A stretch of DNA of 64,000 nt, from contig CAWIAD010000002.1 in assembly GCA_963833985.1 (NCBI GenBank), positions 4,320,001 to 4,384,000 of the forward strand, read 5' to 3'. Below, piece by piece: positions 51,956-61,027 of this stretch; positions within the stretch are counted from its first letter, which is position 1, and every line of letters begins with the position of its first letter. The notes under the pieces were generated by a model that was not told the origin of the DNA, searched no databases, and saw only the letters and a list, made by a program, of their open reading frames with translations. The DNA is from an uncultured Planctomycetaceae bacterium. GTDB lineage: Bacteria > Planctomycetota > Planctomycetia > Isosphaerales > Isosphaeraceae. The position numbers and the translations under genes are program-made.

Positions 51956-53497
51956 ATGGAAAACCCGCTGATCCTCGTGATCGACGACAGCCAGACCATC
52001 CGCAAGATGGTCGAGTGCCACCTCTCTCAGGCCGGCTACCGGGTGTCCCTGGCGCCTGACGCCGAGCAGGGTTTGCAGATGGCGCGCACGCTGCAACCCG
52101 ACCTGATTCTCCTGGACCACCAGCTTCCCGGAACCACCGGAGACGAGGTGTGCCGCAAGCTGCTGGCCGAAGAGCTGACCTGCCGCGTGCCCGTGGTCAT
52201 CAGCTCGGCGATGCGGAACCGGGCCTTCGCCCAGTACACCGAGTTCCCCAACGTCGTCGACCAGATCCCCAAGCCGTTCACTCCCGAGCTGCTCAAGAGC
52301 GGCGTGTCCAATGCGCTCCAGACAGGGGCGATGGTCGTGCAGGCCCAGCGGACCGGCTGCGCCATGCCCGAGGCCGTGGGCGAGGCCCATGAGGCCACGC
52401 TCGAGGGGAGCACCGGCGCATTCCCCCTGCCCATGGTGCTGGCGTTTCTGAACAACCTCCAGCAGAGCGGCCGGCTCACCCTGGAAACCGGCAACGATCG
52501 GATTCGCTTCGCACTCTCCGGGGGCAGGGTGCAGGCCGTCTACTCGCCCACGATCGCCGCGGATCGTCTCGAGGGGAGCCTGCCGGATGACCTGGTGGAC
52601 CTGGGGCCGCTCCTGGGCCTGACTCTGGGGGAACAGCAAGACCCATCGATGAGCGGCCTGGTGAAGATGCTGGAGCGCAGCCTTGCCGACCCGCGCCGGC
52701 TCCGCGCCTTGTTACGGTTCCAGGCCGCCTGGCTGACCTATTCCGGTCAGGCCGGCGAGCCCGGCAAGTTCCACTTCGAGCCGGTGAACGTGCTCCCTCC
52801 CATGTTCCAGGCCCTGCCGCTCCAGCTCAGCGCCGCTGCCCTGCTGGTGGACGGCACGCGCTACTCGGGCGCCCGGTTCGACGCCGAGGAGTGCGGGCAA
52901 ATGGTCTTCGCGCGGCAGGCGGCGCGAGGAGGCAACTCCGACCGCGCTGGGCTCTCCAATGCCGAGATCAAGGTCTACACGCTCCTGGATGGCAGCCGTT
53001 CGTTGAAGGATGTTTGCCGCGAGGCCGGGCTCTCCCTGGCGGACGTGGCCGCCACCGCCCACGGCCTGGAACTGGCCGGCATGCTCGAGCGGCGGAATCC
53101 GTCGTCCACCGAGTCCATCCTGGCGCTCGACGACGACCCCGAGACCGTCCGCCTGATCCAGCGCGTGCTCGGCCCCGAAGGAACCAACCATCAGCTCAAG
53201 GTCGTGCGCGATCGCGTGGCCGCGCAGCTCCTCTTCCGCCGCCAGACCTTCAACCTCGTCATCATGGCGATCGACCGGCCAGAGCAGGAGGCCTTTTTCC
53301 AGGCTTGCAAGCGTCAGCATGGCTCGGGATGCCACTACGTCGGCATCTCCAGCATCGAGGATGAGAACGAGCTGTCGCGGCTGGACGCGATGGGGCTCGA
53401 CGGCGTGCTCCATCGGCCGGTGAGCGAGGGCGACCTGCTCGCCACGGTGAAGCATCTCTTGAAAATGGCTCGAGCCACCATGGCCGGCGTCGCGTGA
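51956..53497 (+). CDS. Response regulator: REC + DUF4388/PATAN-like + winged HTH + degenerate REC
   Basis: VIDDS...LILLDHQLPG...KPF; LEGSTGAFPLPMVLAFL...SGRLTL...FALSGGRVQA; LLDGSRSLKDVCREAGLS; C-terminal LALDDD...VLHRPV. Confidence 0.8.
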   Translation: MENPLILVIDDSQTIRKMVECHLSQAGYRVSLAPDAEQGLQMARTLQPDLILLDHQLPGTTGDEVCRKLLAEELTCRVPVVISSAMRNRAFAQYTEFPNVVDQIPKPFTPELLKSGVSNALQTGAMVVQAQRTGCAMPEAVGEAHEATLEGSTGAFPLPMVLAFLNNLQQSGRLTLETGNDRIRFALSGGRVQAVYSPTIAADRLEGSLPDDLVDLGPLLGLTLGEQQDPSMSGLVKMLERSLADPRRLRALLRFQAAWLTYSGQAGEPGKFHFEPVNVLPPMFQALPLQLSAAALLVDGTRYSGARFDAEECGQMVFARQAARGGNSDRAGLSNAEIKVYTLLDGSRSLKDVCREAGLSLADVAATAHGLELAGMLERRNPSSTESILALDDDPETVRLIQRVLGPEGTNHQLKVVRDRVAAQLLFRRQTFNLVIMAIDRPEQEAFFQACKRQHGSGCHYVGISSIEDENELSRLDAMGLDGVLHRPVSEGDLLATVKHLLKMARATMAGVA

Positions 53498-53549
53498 GCG
53501 GACGGCCGGAAGGACAATGCGCGCGGTGAACGCGCGCGGAGTGACCAGG

Positions 53550-54546
53550 ATGACTGATGGAAGAAGCGAACCCGACTACGGCCAGGAGACTGGCAGCGAG
53601 GGGGACCTCGACTACCTGGAGACGATCGCCCTGCTCCAGGACGAGATCGCGCGCCTGGAATCCGAGCTGCTTGCCCAGCAGGATCTCGCGGCTCGTTCCT
53701 CTTTGGGCGGCCATTCCCGGACCGCGGCCGAAGCGGACGGCGTGGCGGCAGACCGGCATCACCTGGAGCAAATGGCCGCGGAACTGGCTGCGCGGGAGGA
53801 GACGATCAACCTGCTGCTCGAACAGCTTCGCCTGGTCGAGGAAGCCGAGTCGGCCAGCCGGCTGGAATGGGAGCAGCTCTCGGAGTGGGTCTCCGAGGTC
53901 GAGGAGCGGCTTGAGCGGCAGGCAGAGACAGCCGCCGGACAATCCGCTCAGGAGCTGGAAACGCAGCGCCGCGCGCTTGAGGAGTCTCGCGCACGCCTGG
54001 GCGTGGAACGGCAGGCCTGGACGACGCAGCGCCGCGACCTGGAAAACGAGATCGCTCGGCTGCAATCCCTGCTGGCACAGACGGCGAAGGAAGGTGCCGG
54101 CAGCGGCGACCGGGCCGGGATGGAACTCCTCGAATCCGAGAACCAGCGCCTCATGAAGCAGTGCCAGGAGTTGCAAAAGGCGGCCTTTTCCGAGATGGAG
54201 TCGCTGCGCCAGGAGGTCGAGGCGGCGCGGCAAGGCAAGGAAGAGGCCCGCAAGACCTGCGAACAGGTCCAGGACGAACGCGACCGCGAACGCCGGGAAT
54301 ACGAGATCGCGATTACCTCGATCCGCGCAGTCGTCTCGGGCGGCCCTCGTCGCGCACGAGAGCGAACTGGCCGTCGTCCGGCCCGTCGCGGCTGCCGAGC
54401 CGGCCGGCGCGATCGAGGCTGATCTGCGGATCCGCGAGTTCCGGCAGCATCTCAAGGAGATTCACAACCACGAGGCGGAGGCGCGGAACCGCAACCGGCT
54501 GGGCGCACGGCTATCACGCCTCTGGACCAGGACGGCACCACGATGA
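53550..54546 (+). CDS. Coiled-coil protein; frameshift near 54335
   Basis: E/Q/R/L-rich heptads; the shifted frame gives ADLRIREFRQHLKEIH...RLGARLSRLWTRTAPR and stops in an ATGA overlap with the next gene. Confidence 0.7.
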
Positions 54547-55143
54547 ATATGAGCCCCTCCCACTCGAACGAGCGAACCATTGAGCTGCGTGCCAGACCGC
54601 GATCCGCGAAGGCCGCGCTGCCCTCAGCGACCGCTGTCTCGCCTGCCGACGCGGTCCTGAAAGTCAATCTCGAGGAGCTGCGCCGCTACGTCCTTCGCCG
54701 GCTCGATTCGATCGAGGCGCTGGCCAGAGGCTGCTCCGGAGTGCCCTCCGCCGAGCTGGCGCGGTCCGAGCAGATGCTCAAGCAGACGCTCGAGGAGCTG
54801 GAGCGGGAACGTAACCGCGCACGCATCGACGCGGCCGGCCCGGACGCGGCAGGGAAGCAGATGCTGATGCAGCTCGAGAACGACCGGCAGTTGCTCACGG
54901 ACGCCTGGGAACGGCTGGAACAGGAACGCATTGACGCGCTCACGCAGGGAACGACCGCCCGGCCGGCCCACGCTGACCACGCGCCTCATCCGGTCGACGC
55001 TCAGGTCGTGCACGGCCAGCCTGCGCAGCGCCGGCATGGGCGCGGAGAACGCCAACCCCGTCGCGGAGTCCATCCTTCGTCAGTTTCAAACGCTCTGTAG
55101 CGATGTCCGCCGCACGACGGACGCTCGCCTCTCACCGCATTGA
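54543..55143 (+). CDS. Coiled-coil protein; probable frameshift between 54960 and 55025
   Basis: LEELRRYVLRRLDSIE...LENDRQLLTDAWERLEQERI; the shifted frame ends NPVAESILRQFQTLCSDVRR. Confidence 0.65.
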
Positions 55144-55157
55144 TAGGGCGCCACCCC

Positions 55158-56263
55158 ATGTCCGTGAACCTTTCCCTGGAGCAGAAACGCAAAGGTGAGC
55201 AGGACGCCCCGCGGCACGACCGGCCCACCCCGGTCGCCTCGGCCTTACCACGCCGTCACCGCGGTCTGGCCGGACGCTTCCTGGCATGGATCGCACCCGG
55301 CAAGCCAGCCCGCGCCGGATCCTCCAGAACCGCCAGTGACGGCGACCGGAACGCCGCCGCCGAGCGATCCGCCGAGGAGCGCGGCAATCCCGACCTGGGA
55401 ATGGCCCGCAAGCTCATCGCCCAGGACCGCTACGGATTCGTGCTGCTGCGCGAAGCCATGGGACAGATCGACGACAGTGACGTCCGCACCGCCTGGGGAG
55501 CACTGAATACGCAGATGGCCCTGGTGCCGGCCGGCAACGTGCCCCTCATGCTCTGCGACGGCAGCCTGGCGGCCGTTGAACTGGAAGGCTTCTACCTCGA
55601 CCGCTGTGCGGTCACCAACCGTCAGTTCCAGCGGTTCGTGACCTCGGGCGCTTATGACGACCTGCAAATCTGGCCGACGGAAGTCTGGCCCAGCGTGGCC
55701 CGGTTCACCGATCTTTCGGGCCGGCCAGGCCCGCGCGACTGGGAGCACGGCAAGTTCCCCGCCGGAAAAGCCGAACATCCCGTCGTGGGAGTCTGCTGGT
55801 ACGAGGCCGTGGCATATTCCCGCTGGGTCGGCAAGCGCCTGCCCACGGCTGCCGAGTGGCAGAAGGCCGGCGGCTGGCCCGAGCAGCTCAGCGGAGGTAC
55901 CTGCAACCGCTATCCCTGGGGCAACATGTATGAGCCGTGCGCACCAACCTCTCCTCGTCCGGGCTTGGGCATACCGTGCCCGTTCGCGAGTATCCCGCGG
56001 GCGCCACGCCCAACGGCATTTACCAGATGACCGGCAACGTCTGGGAATGGCTCGACGACCCGCTGGAAACCATTCCATGCAGGCCCGGCGAGTATTTCCA
56101 GGCGTGGAAGCCGTTGCGCCGGATCATCGGCGGCGCATTCAATACCTACTTCCCCAACGAGGCAACCTGCCAGTTCGTCACCGGCCAGGCCGAGCTCGAT
56201 CGCCGTGAGAACATCGGCTTCCGGTGCGCCTTGAGCCTCCACCAGCTTCAGCCCTTGCCCTGA
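55158..56263 (+). CDS. Formylglycine-generating enzyme (FGE/SUMF1) fold protein; frameshift near 55940
   Basis: MALVPAG, FYLDRCAVTNRQF, HPVVGVCWYEA, RLPTAAEW, RYPWG, NGIYQMTGNVWEW, NIGFRC. Confidence 0.88.
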
Positions 56264-56341
56264 GCCTGTTTGAACACTGCGCACGCAACCCCGGCCGAAC
56301 TTGCTTGACCTTCACAGATGCTGGCTTTTTCGAGAGTTCCC

Positions 56342-57244
56342 ATGTCGAACGCACCGTTGCTCATGGAGTACAACCGGCAGGCGAGCGACTTCGCGTGCCC
56401 CCTGTGCGGGGGCCACACTTACGAGGGTGAGCCCTGCGGCACTTGCTTCGTCCCCTTCAAGGTCATCGAATCGATCCGCTCGCGCCCGCACCCTCCCCGG
56501 TTCGTGGTGGTCCTGGGACCGACGGGCGTGGGCAAGACTGTCTACCTGGGCATGCTGCTGGACCAGCTCTCCCGCGGCGCCAGCGGACTCCAGGGTCTGT
56601 CGCGCAGCCCGTACTCGCTGACCTTGCACCGCAACTTGATTCTGGCGCTGGAGCGCCAGAGGTTTCCCGAGAAGACTCCCGTCGAGACGGACCGCTGGAA
56701 CTGGCTGCACTGCGAGATCATGACTGCGCGGGGTAAGAACAAGGGAGCGGCCGATATCGTCACGCCCGACGTCGCCGGCGAGGCCGTCAGCGCGGAGATG
56801 GAGAATCCGGGTACGCACAAGACCATTCGCGCGTTGATCAGCCGGTGCTCGGGTATGGTTGTCCTGGTGGATCTGGTGGAGGTCGTGGCCGACGGACGGG
56901 GCCAGGAGCTGTTCGCGATGCAGCTCATCAGCTACCTGGATGCTCTGCGTCCGGGCCGCAAGAAAGCCCGCAAGCTGGAGATCCCGGTCGCGGTCGTCTT
57001 CACCAAGGCCGACCTCTTCGAGGAGTGGATCAGCGATCCCGAGGCATTCGCGCGGGGGAACGTCTCCAGCCTGCATGCCCAGTGCCAGGCCCGGCTGGAG
57101 CACTACGCGTTTTATTGCTCCGGCGTGGCCGGCTCGTCGGCCAAGCTGGTGAGCGACTCGGGTCAGGAGTACCTGGTCCCCCTGCGCGTCGAGCCCAGAG
57201 GAATCATCGAGCCGTTCGCGTGGATGGTCGACAAGCTGGGCTAA
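56342..57244 (+). CDS. TRAFAC-class P-loop GTPase (double-GTPase-system-like) with N-terminal Zn ribbon
   Basis: CPLC-x9-CGTC; G1 GPTGVGKT, G2 FPEKT, G3 DVAGE, G4 FTKAD; C-terminal PRGIIEPFAWM. Confidence 0.85.
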   Translation: MSNAPLLMEYNRQASDFACPLCGGHTYEGEPCGTCFVPFKVIESIRSRPHPPRFVVVLGPTGVGKTVYLGMLLDQLSRGASGLQGLSRSPYSLTLHRNLILALERQRFPEKTPVETDRWNWLHCEIMTARGKNKGAADIVTPDVAGEAVSAEMENPGTHKTIRALISRCSGMVVLVDLVEVVADGRGQELFAMQLISYLDALRPGRKKARKLEIPVAVVFTKADLFEEWISDPEAFARGNVSSLHAQCQARLEHYAFYCSGVAGSSAKLVSDSGQEYLVPLRVEPRGIIEPFAWMVDKLG

Positions 57245-57256
57245 AGGAATGCGCAC

Positions 57257-57919
57257 GTGTGGGCGGAGCAGGCGATCTTCACATCTCTTCCCCGCAACGG
57301 CCGCGGGGGATACCACCTGGTCTCGCGGTCCAGGGGGATCAGCGGCCAGGAGGCTCAGGCCATCGCGCGCTGGTCGCCATCGCACGGGTCGCTCCAGCAA
57401 GACCAGCATAACCGCGTGAGCGTCAATTTCCACGGCCTTCCCGGCGGGCGGTTCGCGCTCTCGAGGAGCTGCGAGGGACCTCCGGAATACAGCGGCCGGG
57501 GCGGCCGCCAGCTTTACACGCACGTGCTGGTGATCGACCTGGAAAGCCTTCAGACCGTCGGCGGCCAGCCATTCGTGATCTACCGCAACGCCCTGGCGCT
57601 CGGCCACCTGTTCTACCAGGTGAGCCCTGCCGAGCTGCTGGAACCCATCGAGCTGCCGGCATTTCACGGCGAGGTCGACACGGCCGCCTGGCTCACCCGC
57701 GCTCGCAAGCTTGGGTTCCCTCCGCTGGAGCCGATCCGCGAGCGGTTGCTCGGCGGGCGGCCCGTGCGGTTGCCTTACGCCGGCGACCGCGCGGCCCTGG
57801 CCGAATGCCTCGTGGGCTCGCTGGGACCCGGAGCCGTCGCGAGGATCAGCTTCGCCACCAGCCTCCAGCCCTCGTCTGATCGGCCCTTCGTGCTCTCACT
57901 CGTCGACAGCCGGAAGTGA
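57257..57919 (+). CDS. GAP1-N2-like (GTPase-associated protein 1 N-terminal) domain protein
   Basis: EQAIFTS...GGYHLVSRSRGI...EYSGRGGRQLYTHVLV pattern recognised from memory; directly downstream of the GTPase. Confidence 0.65.
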   Translation: MWAEQAIFTSLPRNGRGGYHLVSRSRGISGQEAQAIARWSPSHGSLQQDQHNRVSVNFHGLPGGRFALSRSCEGPPEYSGRGGRQLYTHVLVIDLESLQTVGGQPFVIYRNALALGHLFYQVSPAELLEPIELPAFHGEVDTAAWLTRARKLGFPPLEPIRERLLGGRPVRLPYAGDRAALAECLVGSLGPGAVARISFATSLQPSSDRPFVLSLVDSRK

Positions 57920-57940
57920 GACCGCCCCGCGCGACCCCAA

Positions 57941-58768
57941 CTAACTGCTCGCGCTGCGGTAGGACCGTAGCGCGTAATGAAAGAACCGGCGGCTGAGCCA
58001 GAGCATGACCACCGCGGCCACGATGGTGAGCACGACGAGAGACGGGTCGAACGCGCGCACCATCACGTTCGCCGGAACGTTCGAGACCACCAGGATCGGC
58101 ACGATGTACGTGAAGAAGTTGCCCAGCGGCTCGCCCAGGGGCCCCGCGAAGATCTCCTTGGGATAGCGCGCGAGGCTAGAAAACATCCACCACATCTCCA
58201 TCAGGCTCTGGTTGCGGACCAGCCAGACCGAGGTCGTCGTGAGCAGCAGCATGAAGCTGTATGCGATCGCGGTGGCGGCAGTCAGGGTGATCACGAACAG
58301 GACCACCCGCCCCGGATCGAAGTGCCATCCTTTCTGCACCAGGGCAATGATCATGAGAGCGCCCCCCATGAGGACATTGGGCGCTGTCCCCCAGTCGATC
58401 CGCCGCAGCGAGATCAGGAATTGCTCGTCGATCGGCCGCAACAGCAGGAAGTCGAGATCACCGGTGCGCACCAGCTCGGCGAACTCGTTGCAGTTCTCGA
58501 AGAAGAGCGTCTCCACGAGGCCGTTGATTGCGAAATAGCAGCCGATGAAGAAGAAGTAATCGGGTTCCGACCAGCCCGCCACGTGGCTGGTGCGGGCGAA
58601 GACGGTGCGGTAGAAGGCGATCATGATCCCCAGCCAGAGCACCTCGACGGAGACCTTCACCAGGAAGTTTCCCCGGAACGCCAGCTCGCGGCTGAGCGCG
58701 TACTGGCCCATGTGATAGAGCAGCCTGAGATACTTGCGCACGCTCGCGAGCACTGGCTCACCCTCCAT
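57941..58768 (-). CDS. ABC-2 family permease (DUF990-like)
   Basis: ELAFRGNF, VAGWS, VRTGDLDFLLLRPID, ARYP, YRSASS. Confidence 0.88.
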   Translation of the reverse strand: MEGEPVLASVRKYLRLLYHMGQYALSRELAFRGNFLVKVSVEVLWLGIMIAFYRTVFARTSHVAGWSEPDYFFFIGCYFAINGLVETLFFENCNEFAELVRTGDLDFLLLRPIDEQFLISLRRIDWGTAPNVLMGGALMIIALVQKGWHFDPGRVVLFVITLTAATAIAYSFMLLLTTTSVWLVRNQSLMEMWWMFSSLARYPKEIFAGPLGEPLGNFFTYIVPILVVSNVPANVMVRAFDPSLVVLTIVAAVVMLWLSRRFFHYALRSYRSASS

Positions 58769-59687
58769 AGGCGCTGTAGCGCGTCAGCCCCAGCCGGTAC
58801 AGACCGCGGCAGAGCAGCATGAAGACGACCACCCACATCAGTTGCAGGACCAGGTGCAGTACCAGCGTCCAGCCCTGCACCTTGCGCAGGAAAACGACGG
58901 CCGGGAAATAGGCCATGTACTGGAACGGCAGGGCTTTCAAGAGGGTGCACCACGGCTCCGGCAGCAGGTCCAGGGGGAGCATGTGTCCGGAGATGAAGAA
59001 GTTGAGCGTCATCACGATGTAGAGCAGCGACGTCACCTCCAGGAACCAGAACCCGACCATCCCCACGGTCGCCTCGAAGTAGAAGCCAACCAGGAACGCC
59101 AGTACCAGCGAGACGACGTAGGCAACCATCGTCAGGGCATCCGGGAAGCCGTCGAAGTAGCTATGGCAGAGCGCGAAGAGCGCGAAATACGGCAAGAACG
59201 ACATCGTGATGTAGGCGAGCTTGTGCGCGATGCGATACGAGAGCAGGTAGCCGATCATGTCGACCGGCTGGATCAGGTAGCGCTTCAGGGTGCCTTCGCG
59301 GATCTCACGCGCGATGCCGCCGGCCAGCCCCGGCATGCTCGAGAACATCCGGCTGATGTTCGTGAGCAGCAGGTAGGCGATCATCTCGCGGTAGCGGAAG
59401 CCCGCCAGCTCCGACGCCTCCGCGCCGTCGTAAATCGCTTTCCAGAGCAGGATCGTCGTCACCAGAGGCAGGAACCGCAGCACCGTCCCGAGCAGGAAAT
59501 CCGCCCGGTAGGTCATCCGTTCCGAGAGCGAGACGCGTACAATCTTGGTGTATTTCTTGATCCGTTCCAGCACGCCGATCGGGGGCGATTGCCGGAGCAG
59601 GACGTCCTTGGCCGAAGCGGCGGTCACAAGCGGTACGTGGGCGGGGGCGGGGGCGGCGGGCGCCGCCAGTCCGTCAGGCGGCGTCAT
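58758..59687 (-). CDS. ABC-2 family permease (DUF990-like)
   Basis: MTYRADF, IREGTLKRYLIQPV, SGHMLPLDLLP, LPFQY, RYSAYGG. Confidence 0.88.
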   Translation of the reverse strand: MTPPDGLAAPAAPAPAHVPLVTAASAKDVLLRQSPPIGVLERIKKYTKIVRVSLSERMTYRADFLLGTVLRFLPLVTTILLWKAIYDGAEASELAGFRYREMIAYLLLTNISRMFSSMPGLAGGIAREIREGTLKRYLIQPVDMIGYLLSYRIAHKLAYITMSFLPYFALFALCHSYFDGFPDALTMVAYVVSLVLAFLVGFYFEATVGMVGFWFLEVTSLLYIVMTLNFFISGHMLPLDLLPEPWCTLLKALPFQYMAYFPAVVFLRKVQGWTLVLHLVLQLMWVVVFMLLCRGLYRLGLTRYSAYGG

Positions 59688-60666
59688 GGTCGAGCCGTGC
59701 CTCCTTGAACACCTTGGCGATGATCTCCTCCAGAGGCGGATCTTCCACCGTCACGTCGGCCAGCGCGTGCCCTTCGAGCACCGCGCTGAGGATCTCGGGC
59801 ACGCGCGTCCGCTCGATCCGGATGTCGACGAAAGGCCCCTCGTTGCGGACCACGTGGCCGAACCGGCCCAGGTCCTGCGGCGCTTCGCCCTCGAACTGGA
59901 ACTTCACCAGCTTTGATTCGCCGAACTTCTCGATGATCCCCGCGAGCGGCCCGTCGTGGACCAGGGCGCCGTGGTTGATCACGATCACGCGCTCGCAGAG
60001 CGCCTCGACGTCGCGCATGTAGTGGCTGGTCAAAAGAACGGTCACCCCGCGGCGATCGTGATAATCGAGCAGGCATTTCTGAATCGCCGCCTGGGCCACG
60101 ACGTCCAGGCCGATGGTCGGCTCGTCCAGCAGCAGCAGCCTCGGCCCGTGCAGCAGCGCGGCGATGAGCTCCATCTTCATGCGCTCGCCAAGCGACAGCT
60201 CGCGAACCGCCTGCCTGGTCAGCTTGCCCACGCCCAGGATCTCGGTCAGCTCCCCGAGCGTCCGGTCGAACTCGGATTGCGGAATCGAGTAGATCTCGCG
60301 ATGGAGCTGGAAGCTATCGGCCGCCGGCAGGTCCCACCAGAGCTGGTTCTTCTGTCCCATCACCAGCGCGAACTGGCGGCGGAAGAGGTCGGCTCGCTGC
60401 CAGGGCACGAAGTCCAGCACCCGTGCCTCTCCGCTGGTCGGGTAGATCAGCCCGGCCAGCATCTTCAGGGTCGTCGTCTTGCCCGCCCCGTTGGGACCCA
60501 GGAACGCCACCATCTCTCCCGGCTCGATGGAGAAGCTGATCCGGTCGACCGCGCGGACCTCGCGATAGTCCCGCTTGTAAAGCCCCCGCAGCGCCCCGAG
60601 CACGCCCTCTTTCTTCTGGAAGACGCGGTAGGTCTTGCTCAGCCCCGTCACATCGATGATTGCCAT
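59674..60666 (-). CDS. ABC transporter ATP-binding protein
   Basis: GPNGAGKTT, LSLGERMK, LLLDEPTIGLD, TSH. Confidence 0.95.
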   Translation of the reverse strand: MAIIDVTGLSKTYRVFQKKEGVLGALRGLYKRDYREVRAVDRISFSIEPGEMVAFLGPNGAGKTTTLKMLAGLIYPTSGEARVLDFVPWQRADLFRRQFALVMGQKNQLWWDLPAADSFQLHREIYSIPQSEFDRTLGELTEILGVGKLTRQAVRELSLGERMKMELIAALLHGPRLLLLDEPTIGLDVVAQAAIQKCLLDYHDRRGVTVLLTSHYMRDVEALCERVIVINHGALVHDGPLAGIIEKFGESKLVKFQFEGEAPQDLGRFGHVVRNEGPFVDIRIERTRVPEILSAVLEGHALADVTVEDPPLEEIIAKVFKEARLDHDAA

Positions 60667-61027
60667 GTATCCGCCGGTCCTCGCCTTGCGGCCGTGCCAC
60701 CGTTCCCCAGACCCGCTCTATTGTAGGGCTGGCGCCCCGCCTGCCTAGTGCACTCGCCCGGACGAGGACCAGGGCCCTGCGCGGCCTGGCCCGGGCGCGG
60801 CCGATGCGTCGACCTCCGGGCGGATCGAAGTGCCGGGGATTCGGACATCCCGGACGAGGCGAGTGCGCGGAGCAATCCACGAGCCAGCCCCGGCCGGTGA
60901 GGATCTCGGGTTCCGCGCATGCCGTGCTTCGATCCCGTGCCGAGGAGCCGACATGAGGACGGGGACCCTCGACAGGGCCGCCGAAGCTCGAGGGTACAGG
61001 AATGACGAATGGATCGGCCAGCTGGTC

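Noticed and set aside
55158..56263. FGE-fold gene as egtB partnering egtD
   Set aside because: No DinB-like N-terminal domain or HxxxH metal motif, and it lies 29 kb away inside another operon.
55158..56263. FGE-fold gene as a diversity-generating retroelement target
   Set aside because: No reverse transcriptase or template repeat seen in the window.
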